Of a DNA stretch of 64,000 bases, positions 56,799 through 64,000 are shown one piece after another. Within the stretch, counting starts at the first letter, position 1. Every line of letters begins with the position of its first letter. The DNA comes from an uncultured virus (IMG/VR IMGVR_UViG_3300030118_005494) (taxonomy: Duplodnaviria > Heunggongvirae > Uroviricota > Caudoviricetes), in IMG/VR virus record IMGVR_UViG_3300030118_005494; one strand, 5' to 3'. The notes below the pieces were generated by a model. The model had not been told where the DNA came from. It was given only the letters and a program-made list of their open reading frames with translations, and ran no database searches. Made by a program: the position numbers and the translations under genes.

Positions 56799-57032
56799 TT
56801 ATCCAAATGATTTACGGGCATCAGCTTCATTATCAAATAAACGACAACCCCAAACAGTGAGTTTTTTGCTGTCATATAACGAACGCATATCACTATCTTT
56901 CATTACAGCATCACAAGCTTTTCCAAAGTTTAATGCAGTAGCACTACCTAAGAATTTTGCAGTATCTGTGTTGCCTGTGATGTTGTATCCTTCCATCCAA
57001 ACATTAAATTGTTTTGGCTTCTTTTTTGGCAT
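56799..57032 (-). CDS. Small conserved-looking hypothetical protein
   Basis: WMEGY..TG and WGCRLFDNEADARKSFG motifs; AAGGA RBS. Confidence 0.7.
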   Translation of the reverse strand: MPKKKPKQFNVWMEGYNITGNTDTAKFLGSATALNFGKACDAVMKDSDMRSLYDSKKLTVWGCRLFDNEADARKSFG

Positions 57033-57043
57033 TACGATTCCTT

Positions 57044-57274
57044 TTATTTTTTAATAGCTAGTTTGACACCTTCAAGAGTTTTCCAGAACAAGATCAAAAC
57101 CATAGTGGAAATAATGACAATGCCCATGAAGACCCAACCTACAACCAAGAAAGAAATTCTAGCCCAACGTTTTTGGAGAATAGTAAAATCATTTTTGTAT
57201 TCTTGGATAAGGATAGAATTTAAAACAAAGTTAACTACAACAATAGCGAGTATTGAAAGTATTTCATTTAGCAT
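57044..57274 (-). CDS. Small two-TM membrane protein
   Basis: Two hydrophobic segments in 76 aa. Confidence 0.6.
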   Translation of the reverse strand: MLNEILSILAIVVVNFVLNSILIQEYKNDFTILQKRWARISFLVVGWVFMGIVIISTMVLILFWKTLEGVKLAIKK

Positions 57275-57569
57275 TACGATTTCTTTTATCCCTCAGTATG
57301 CAATTTTTCTTATGTGTAACTGGGTTTAGGTGATTAGGGTTAACACAAGCCCGATTACAGCAAGAATGGTCTAACTCACGATTCTCAATATTACCCCCAA
57401 CAAGAATGGTGTAAATGGCTCTGTGCGCCATATTACGGACACCTTTGTACCAAGTACGCTGATAACCATTAGGAGTTGGATCTTTGCCTTCAAATAGCCA
57501 ACAGGAGGTTTCAGGGCATACTTTAATTTTTTCTTGCATATGTGGGGGCAATACTGAGATATCGTACAT
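57264..57569 (-). CDS. HNH endonuclease (His-Cys type)
   Basis: CWL...GY...AHR...LDHSCCNRACVNPNHL...N. Confidence 0.88.
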   Translation of the reverse strand: MYDISVLPPHMQEKIKVCPETSCWLFEGKDPTPNGYQRTWYKGVRNMAHRAIYTILVGGNIENRELDHSCCNRACVNPNHLNPVTHKKNCILRDKRNRNAK

Positions 57570-58657
57570 TATTTTAGCTTACCTTGTCTGTATTGGTCTG
57601 TAACATCTTCTACGACTTTGTAACTACATACTCGGACTTTTGTATGATCATAATCAGAAGGGATTGATACAAAGTCTTGAGGTCGAACAATGCATTTAAT
57701 TACACGAATACGAGTATCAGCACCATATGAACTTAGGTAAGATGGTGCACATACATGTAAACCTCTAGAGCATGTTTGATCAGGGTCTTCGACTACAGAA
57801 CTGCGAAGCATTGTTACAGTTTCACCTACACCGTTGAAAATAGTATTTGAATAGAGATCCATAAAATCATTGTCTACTTTTTTATAGCATACAACGTTAC
57901 CTTTATCAGTTATTTCAATGTGGGCTTTTTTAATAAAAGTCCAAATTCTTTCATAAATATTGAGTGAAGGGCATGCTTGAATATTTTCAAAGAACTTCAA
58001 TAAATGCTCAAAAGGTTCTTCCCGGGTAAATGCATCTATAAGGTCATCTGCAAAATTATTTTTAATTGGCGTATCATTCATAAAGAATTGGTCATTCTCA
58101 ATTCTAAAATTGCCTTTTAAATACTTCTGTGCAGCAATTTTAATTGAAGCCAGTTCTAGTGCTTTTTCATTGTTACCTAGGGTCAATTCTAAAGCAATGT
58201 CTTGGTACTTAGGATGTTCTTTGGTTACAGCTAAAGAATCACCATCATCCAGTAAGAGGGTGATAAAAGAACCGGGGTCAATTGTCGCAGAAATAATAGT
58301 ACGCTTTTCATTTGTACTTTCTGTTGGTGTATCTGCCTTATCCGCAACTTCTGGTTCAGCAGTTTCAGGCTTTTTTACAGGAGCTTTAGGTCTAGATTTT
58401 TTAGGAGTTTTATCAGAGTCAGCTAAAACTTTCTTAGGATCTTTCTTGGGTTTATCTTTTGTTATAGTAGTGGCAGTAGTTTTATTTTCTTTGTGTAATC
58501 CTACGTTACTTAAAATCCTGTTTAAAGTTCTAGGGCTAATATCAAACTCTGCAGCTAGTTTTGTTTTGTTAACAGCACCATCTTTGAGTCTTTTTTCATA
58601 CTCAGTAATTATACTGTTGTTACGCTTTTCTACTTGGTTGGGTGTTAATTTTGTCAT
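57569..58657 (-). CDS. rIIB: rIIB-like protector from prophage-induced early lysis
   Basis: N-terminal HTH, CYKKV...DLYS, CSRGLHVC, DFVSIPSDY..KVRVCSY. Confidence 0.92.
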   Translation of the reverse strand: MTKLTPNQVEKRNNSIITEYEKRLKDGAVNKTKLAAEFDISPRTLNRILSNVGLHKENKTTATTITKDKPKKDPKKVLADSDKTPKKSRPKAPVKKPETAEPEVADKADTPTESTNEKRTIISATIDPGSFITLLLDDGDSLAVTKEHPKYQDIALELTLGNNEKALELASIKIAAQKYLKGNFRIENDQFFMNDTPIKNNFADDLIDAFTREEPFEHLLKFFENIQACPSLNIYERIWTFIKKAHIEITDKGNVVCYKKVDNDFMDLYSNTIFNGVGETVTMLRSSVVEDPDQTCSRGLHVCAPSYLSSYGADTRIRVIKCIVRPQDFVSIPSDYDHTKVRVCSYKVVEDVTDQYRQGKLK

Positions 58658-60935
58658 ACTTGTTTGCCTTATGAATTAAAATAAATAGTCGTTGTAGCCT
58701 GCTTAGTGTATTACGACTAAGCTTAATTCCTAAATATTTTGGGTTTTGTAATAAACGTTCTATTTTTGCTAGTTTCTTTGCTAAAGTTCTTGCTACATGT
58801 TTAACATAGCTTAATTCAGATCTTGGAACTTTTGGGATAAAATAATCACAAAAAGGAAGCATTGATATATTTTTATCTTCTTCATGTTCAATCAAGAAAT
58901 CTGAGTAGTTTCGTAAAAAGTTAAAAACATTTTTGTACAAATACTCTAATGTTGAGTCATTTACTAACTTATAGATTGTTTTATAGTAATCAGTGTAATT
59001 AAAGTATAAACTACTTTCGAATACAGAAATCTGTGCTGCTCGTAAATGAAGTTTATAAAGCTTTTTACTTTTTTGTGTTTTATTAGCAAAGTCAGAACCA
59101 AGTAAAAAAGAATAACGTTTAGATTCTTTTATTTTGTAATACGCAGATGAAGATACAAAAACAAATCTAATATTACTTTTCAATAAAAAGTTTGCTTTTA
59201 GAAATACTAAATATTCAAGCATATATGTGAATGTACGTTTGTATGTCACATCTACAAAATAAGTAGTATAATTAGGATCTTCAGATAGTGTACTGAAGAA
59301 CGCTAGTGTAGTCTTTCCAATTTCTGTTGTGTGTACTACGCTTGTGTTATCGGAATTACAATAAGCCACATCAAACCATGTTCGTGGTTGTGATGCTTTT
59401 ACTTTCTGTTGTATTTTTTCTTCTTGTTCTTTTGGTAACTTTGGTAAATCAACAACTACTATTTCATCATAATACTTCTGTAATTTACTTTTTAGTTTTT
59501 GAACGTTTTCACTATCTATAACTAAAAAACCATTTGATCTATGAGAAGCATAGGTAGAAAAAGCAGAATCATAACTAATTTCACCATGGTTTAAAAAATA
59601 CCCTAATTTATGTCTCATTTGAGGTTGCTTAACATATATAGTACAAGTTTTATTAGGGCTTGCTATGTGTTTTTCATAGTTAAATTTAAATGTTTTTTCT
59701 TTACTTGGATAGCAAACTGATACATTAAAAAGGTTAGAAACAGTATCTAGTGTACTATTTAATTTACTTCTCCATATTGGAATGAAGTGCACTAGACTAG
59801 TTCTCTTTTCTAGTGCACTCCAAAAAAATGTATAATTTCGTTTAATGTAATCTTTTGTAGTATTACCAAACTTTGTATTGTTTAAATTATCAGTAATAAC
59901 TGAATACGAATTTTTTCGGTTAGCCCAAACAAAAGTTAAAATTTCTTTTTTATAGTGTTTTAAAATTTTACTAAGCAAAAGACTTACTACATGGTTAGTT
60001 CTTTCACTATATTCTAAATTTTCACGATCTGGTTTAATATCTACAGCATCAACAGGAACATCTACGACAAATTGATATATTCCAGAAAGACTTTGAATTG
60101 CACTTAATTCTTCTTTCCATTTTTCTCCATGGTCTGAGTCTAGAGATAAAGGATAAAGTACACATCCCATGCGAATTGCAAAACTAGACTGATAATGGAT
60201 ATTAGCAGAGTAAAGAGGAAGTGATATTTCTGAAAGCTCTAATTCATTGTCTTGGGTAGGTAGATCAATTTTAACATTTAAGAAAGTTTTAGGGTTTTCC
60301 AGAGTATAACGATACCTGATATTATCACGACCAAAAACATTAGGTTTTACATCAAATGCGCTTAGTTCTTCTTCAAATGCATTAACAAATTTTTGGATGT
60401 TATTTTCTGATACAGGAACCTTTACCATTACACCGTTAGGCTCATCTGTTGGACCTTCTTGGAGTAGTTCTAATGGATTTTCATTCTTTTGGATACTGCT
60501 TCTGAATGTTCTACGAATACCATCTAAATATGTTGTAATGAAATAAACTTCAGTAATTGCAAATGGACTTTTACCTCCAATACCCCAACCACCAATAGAG
60601 TTACTTTCAGAGTTTTTAGATGAGTTGCCTAGCACTGAGTACACTTTAACAACTTGGTCTATATCCATAGAACAGCCATAGTCACGTACTATAAAGTACG
60701 GGTCTAATTTAGTTGGTAGAGTTACATCAAAAGGTTGATCTTGTTTGTTTACTGCAATGTGCGCATCTAAGCAGTTGGTGCATAGTTCACGAACAATTGC
60801 ATTGATTGGACGTAAATATAAGCTTTTAGTTAAGATAGTAAAAACTGTATTGTTCTGTTTGGCAGTATAATCCACTTTCATTAAAGGCTTAATGCCGATT
60901 GTTTTTACTTGGCTTTTAGTTAAGTTAAGACGCAT
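58620..60935 (-). CDS. rIIA: rIIA-like protein
   Basis: GHKL-type N-terminus LY..PINAIVRELCTNCLDAH, VRDYG, IGGWGIGGKSPF; upstream of rIIB. Confidence 0.9.
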   Translation of the reverse strand: MRLNLTKSQVKTIGIKPLMKVDYTAKQNNTVFTILTKSLYLRPINAIVRELCTNCLDAHIAVNKQDQPFDVTLPTKLDPYFIVRDYGCSMDIDQVVKVYSVLGNSSKNSESNSIGGWGIGGKSPFAITEVYFITTYLDGIRRTFRSSIQKNENPLELLQEGPTDEPNGVMVKVPVSENNIQKFVNAFEEELSAFDVKPNVFGRDNIRYRYTLENPKTFLNVKIDLPTQDNELELSEISLPLYSANIHYQSSFAIRMGCVLYPLSLDSDHGEKWKEELSAIQSLSGIYQFVVDVPVDAVDIKPDRENLEYSERTNHVVSLLLSKILKHYKKEILTFVWANRKNSYSVITDNLNNTKFGNTTKDYIKRNYTFFWSALEKRTSLVHFIPIWRSKLNSTLDTVSNLFNVSVCYPSKEKTFKFNYEKHIASPNKTCTIYVKQPQMRHKLGYFLNHGEISYDSAFSTYASHRSNGFLVIDSENVQKLKSKLQKYYDEIVVVDLPKLPKEQEEKIQQKVKASQPRTWFDVAYCNSDNTSVVHTTEIGKTTLAFFSTLSEDPNYTTYFVDVTYKRTFTYMLEYLVFLKANFLLKSNIRFVFVSSSAYYKIKESKRYSFLLGSDFANKTQKSKKLYKLHLRAAQISVFESSLYFNYTDYYKTIYKLVNDSTLEYLYKNVFNFLRNYSDFLIEHEEDKNISMLPFCDYFIPKVPRSELSYVKHVARTLAKKLAKIERLLQNPKYLGIKLSRNTLSRLQRLFILIHKANKYDKINTQPSRKA

Positions 60936-61537
60936 TACTTTTCCCCGTATTTTTCTGCTGCGTATGTTGTGTAATGTTCTTGGTATGCTTTTGCATTTTT
61001 TACTAGAAAATCAGAAAGAACTTCTTCGTTATCTACAACCCAAACAGAAGCAAAAGTATGTAGTTCTTTTTGGATCATATAAGTTACATCTTCAATGCTG
61101 TAACCAGCAAAGTCTGAGTAGTAATTAATTAAGTCGAATGCAGCCCCATTTATTGCTTGTTTTATGCTACTGAAGTTAGCGTACACAAAAATATTGTTTG
61201 CAATTAAGTACCGAATAAACATAGGTTGTGCAGCTATTCCTATTGCTTTACCTCGTATTTCTTGTTTCATTCGATATTTTTTATCAAACTTAATACGAAT
61301 ACTTTTATAGAAGTTAGCCATGGTTTTATAGTCATAATACTCTTCAACTAAAAGTGGGATTGTACTTACTCTGGTTCTGAGGGTTATTGTAATCCCATCA
61401 AATAACTTTGTTTCTGCGTTTGTTCCTACAGGTAATTCTTTAAATAATACCGGAATTTCTTTTACGCTAAAGTAATAACTAATACTTCCTACTACAGCCA
61501 GAAATACGGCAATAAAAATAAAAATTGAAATAATCAT
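60935..61537 (-). CDS. Membrane-anchored hypothetical protein
   Basis: N-terminal TM helix; GGAG RBS. Confidence 0.65.
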   Translation of the reverse strand: MIISIFIFIAVFLAVVGSISYYFSVKEIPVLFKELPVGTNAETKLFDGITITLRTRVSTIPLLVEEYYDYKTMANFYKSIRIKFDKKYRMKQEIRGKAIGIAAQPMFIRYLIANNIFVYANFSSIKQAINGAAFDLINYYSDFAGYSIEDVTYMIQKELHTFASVWVVDNEEVLSDFLVKNAKAYQEHYTTYAAEKYGEK

Positions 61538-61553
61538 GGTAACTCCATAGGTG

Positions 61554-61643
61554 AAATAAAATGCACATTAAACTGTAGATAATCATTACGGACGAGAGCA
61601 TGAACGTAAATTAAAATTAAGACTATCTACAGATTAATATGCA
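61554..61643 (-). ncRNA. Candidate hairpin sRNA with loop antisense to the RNAP II subunit 2 RBS
   Basis: 23-bp inverted repeat 61562-61584 / 61621-61643 with two G-U pairs on the - strand, U-tract after it; loop TGCTCTCGTCC is complementary to the leader at 62773-62783. Confidence 0.6.
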
Positions 61644-61724
61644 CTGGACTATCTAGTTTTAGGGTATAGGGTAAAGTAGCTAAAAATAGCTGTTTTAAGT
61701 AAAGTTAGGATATTATTTTTAAAA

Positions 61725-61765
61725 AATAAAATACCAGAAAAAGACACCGAAGGTGTCCTTTCCTG
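61725..61765 (-). terminator. Rho-independent terminator after RNAP II subunit 2
   Basis: gacacc-gaa-ggtgtc core (61743-61757), stem extendable with G-U pairs, T-rich tail on the - strand. Confidence 0.75.
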
Positions 61766-61782
61766 TATATTTTTTATTCAAT

Positions 61783-62772
61783 TTAGCATATATGATATTC
61801 AGCTGTTTTCATTAGAGTAGATAGTTTAGAAGTTCTCTTTCTAGTTCTTATGAACTTTCCTGAAACTTCTCTTGCTATCGTATCTAATAAGTTCGAATCA
61901 GCTAGTTCTTTGAATATCTTTAAGTAGTGATACCTCAGTTCATTTACTCTATTTGGAAGTACTGCAAAACAGTCATGAATACTTAAGATAGGAAAGTTGC
62001 ATCGTCTGCGTAATTCTCTAACTACATATCCGTCTATAGACTGTACTATGTTTGCTGGCATTGGCTTGTTGTACGTACTGGTAGTATTGTCAGTGAATTG
62101 ATATGTGAAAGTAGTACCTTCTAATTCATTGATTTCTACCTTAGTTTGGAACTTATCCAGTACAGGTACATGTGCAACATGACCATCAGGTAATGTCCAT
62201 TGGTGGTACAGTGCTTTACTGTTCCAGAATGACAGCATTAAGTACATAAGGTCTGTAGCCCCGGGAAACTCTTCAGCAAGGGTTGTATAGAACATTTCAA
62301 GTTCATGTGTATCCTTGCCAAATACCTTCTGAGGTTCTGCTGTAGAAGCATAAAAGAATGTCATTGTAGGTGGTTTGATCACACTTCGTTCAAGGCGCTT
62401 ACCTACAAATTTAGACATTGTTTCAGCCATATTGTTGTAAGCACACTGACACCCATTAACGTTAATGAGATTGACATTCTCAGCAGTGTCAGGACATCCA
62501 GACAGTACAGCTAATATTTGCAACCCAGAAGCTGTAGCATCGAACATAACAGGTATGTTACAAGGTTCACCTTTATACGCTGCATCTATGGCTCTAACAG
62601 TTTTAGCTGCAAGTATTGCTTCTTTCCCTGTTTCCAGTATTTCTTCTCTGTTTATGTTGTTGTGATATACAGCTTGACCTATCTCTAATCTTTCATCCCA
62701 ATCTTCTTTATCGAAGCCTAAATTATTGGCTAAGTTAATGAATAAATACTCTAAACCTGTAAATTGGCGCAT
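61783..62772 (-). CDS. RNA polymerase II subunit 2 (N4 gp16-like, T7-like C-terminal half)
   Basis: Motif A FDATASGLQ, motif B RSVIKPPTMTFFY, ANIVQSIDG, motif C IHDCF. Confidence 0.93.
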   Translation of the reverse strand: MRQFTGLEYLFINLANNLGFDKEDWDERLEIGQAVYHNNINREEILETGKEAILAAKTVRAIDAAYKGEPCNIPVMFDATASGLQILAVLSGCPDTAENVNLINVNGCQCAYNNMAETMSKFVGKRLERSVIKPPTMTFFYASTAEPQKVFGKDTHELEMFYTTLAEEFPGATDLMYLMLSFWNSKALYHQWTLPDGHVAHVPVLDKFQTKVEINELEGTTFTYQFTDNTTSTYNKPMPANIVQSIDGYVVRELRRRCNFPILSIHDCFAVLPNRVNELRYHYLKIFKELADSNLLDTIAREVSGKFIRTRKRTSKLSTLMKTAEYHIC

Positions 62773-62796
62773 TGCTCTCGTCCTTATTTCAGATAT

Positions 62797-62818
62797 AAAA
62801 AAGCCCCAATTAAGGGGC
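62797..62818 (-). terminator. Rho-independent terminator
   Basis: gcccc-aattaa-ggggc with A6 on + (U-tract on -). Confidence 0.7.
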
Positions 62819-62838
62819 GTATTCAGTGTTGATACTAC

Positions 62839-63006
62839 CTAGTTCATCATTTTCCAATCTTGGACAAATGAAGCTGTCTGTGCTCGGGTTAAGTTAAACT
62901 TAGTTCGAACTGTGTCGTATACTGTGATGCTGTCATATTTTCCATCATCCTTAAGTTGACTAATGAACTCCATAACTGCTTTTTTCACATCTTTAGTTTT
63001 AGACAC
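62839..63006 (-). CDS. 55-aa hypothetical protein between the RNAP II subunits (absent from the ORF track)
   Basis: AGGAG RBS, GTG start, MSKTKDVKKAVMEFISQLKDDGKYDSITVYDTVRTKFNLTRAQTASFVQDWKMMN-stop; fills the gap and overlaps the subunit 1 stop. Confidence 0.7.
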   Translation of the reverse strand: MSKTKDVKKAVMEFISQLKDDGKYDSITVYDTVRTKFNLTRAQTASFVQDWKMMN

Positions 63007-63913
63007 TTGTTATTTCTCCTTTTGCAAAGTTAATAAGTGCTTTCTTATATTCAGTTGATTGTATATTGATATGATGTCCTTTAGAGTACATACGCCCTCT
63101 ACTATCATACCCGTAACGCAAATAGAATCTGTTACCTGCGTCTAGTATTTCGTTATACACTTGTTTGCTTGTATTAACCAATAGTTCAAATTGTCGTTTC
63201 TTTTCAATTGTATCTAGTGGCTTATTACTTTTCTCTGGAATTTTAAGTACCTCAGTATCCAGAGTTAAGGCTTGCTGTGCATATAAATTCAGCGCATCTA
63301 CAGCTATGTTAGGTGTATTTCTGGCTAAATGATGTCCTAACATACATGAGCCATCTACGTTGCTGTAAGAGCCATCTGTGGAGACATCTTGATATGCCAT
63401 TGGCGGTATTAGAGAAGGTGGAACATACATAAAACTATTTATCAGTTCAATTGTATCTTCATCCAATTCCATACAGGCAGTAACATACATTTCATTGTAC
63501 TCGTTAAAGTCAATATCCACTAAATCTGCTTCTGCCATTAAGACTATCAATTCAGCTGCTGTAGTGACTTTATCTCGGGTAGTGAAATCAGCAAACAAAG
63601 TATTATTGAACCACCCCATAGTAGCTCCACATACAGCTTGAATTGACATTGTTTCATTGCTGGCTAATAGCGGGGTTAACACGTATAGAAAGAAATCAGT
63701 AACCTTGTTAAGTTCTAACTTCAGTATGTTTAACCTAGTTCGTTTTGATTCATACCCGGGGTCGTGTTTAACCCATTCCTTAAATGAAATAAATGCTTGC
63801 ATGAAATGCAACCGCATATCCAAATCTTCAAGTAATTCTTTCTCGATTATTTTACGGATATTCTTTTTGGAATATCTGAGTTCTAAATCAAGTTGTTGTT
63901 GTAAAGCATTCAT
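62999..63913 (-). CDS. RNA polymerase II subunit 1 (N4 gp15-like)
   Basis: YESKRTRL, YVPPSLIPP, YDSRGRMYSKGHHINIQ (DxRGR motif); AAGGAG RBS. Confidence 0.92.
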   Translation of the reverse strand: MNALQQQLDLELRYSKKNIRKIIEKELLEDLDMRLHFMQAFISFKEWVKHDPGYESKRTRLNILKLELNKVTDFFLYVLTPLLASNETMSIQAVCGATMGWFNNTLFADFTTRDKVTTAAELIVLMAEADLVDIDFNEYNEMYVTACMELDEDTIELINSFMYVPPSLIPPMAYQDVSTDGSYSNVDGSCMLGHHLARNTPNIAVDALNLYAQQALTLDTEVLKIPEKSNKPLDTIEKKRQFELLVNTSKQVYNEILDAGNRFYLRYGYDSRGRMYSKGHHINIQSTEYKKALINFAKGEITSV

Positions 63914-63930
63914 ACTATCTCCTTAAAAAT

Positions 63931-63951
63931 TAAAAGGCTCCCGAAGGAGCC
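63931..63951 (-). terminator. Rho-independent terminator
   Basis: - strand GGCTCC-TTCG-GGAGCC-TTTT. Confidence 0.8.
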
Positions 63952-64000
63952 AATTAGGTTATTTAAAGTTCGATATCATCAGTTTCAATGAACTGGATAG

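Noticed and set aside
57264..57569. HNH gene as an intron-encoded mobile element
   Set aside because: Free-standing and coupled to its neighbours; flanking genes appear uninterrupted

Overview
Most of an AT-rich N4-like podophage genome (Schitoviridae architecture). The + strand (about 77-39294) holds late genes: terminase, head-tail adaptor, a lysis cassette, three tail-fibre or receptor-binding proteins, portal, major capsid, ejection proteins and a 3173-aa cysteine-free virion RNA polymerase. The - strand (about 39311-63913) holds middle/early genes: resolvase, SSB, primase, exonuclease, ThyX, DNA polymerase A, helicase, MoxR/VWA pair, dNMP kinase, MazG, HNH, rIIA/rIIB and the two-subunit RNAP II. 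The most unusual signals are: (1) an intact stand-alone CheY-like receiver gene inside the lysis cassette, behind a leader hairpin that buries the first gene's ribosome-binding site; (2) large-loop intergenic hairpins whose loops are antisense to phage start-codon regions, best seen for RNAP II subunit 2; (3) a ~150-nt tRNA-like RNA in a structured 520-bp gap; (4) strong enrichment of CCCGGG with apparent avoidance of CCWGG; (5) a candidate anti-defence sponge fusion protein. Family calls come from motifs, synteny and recall; no database searches were run.
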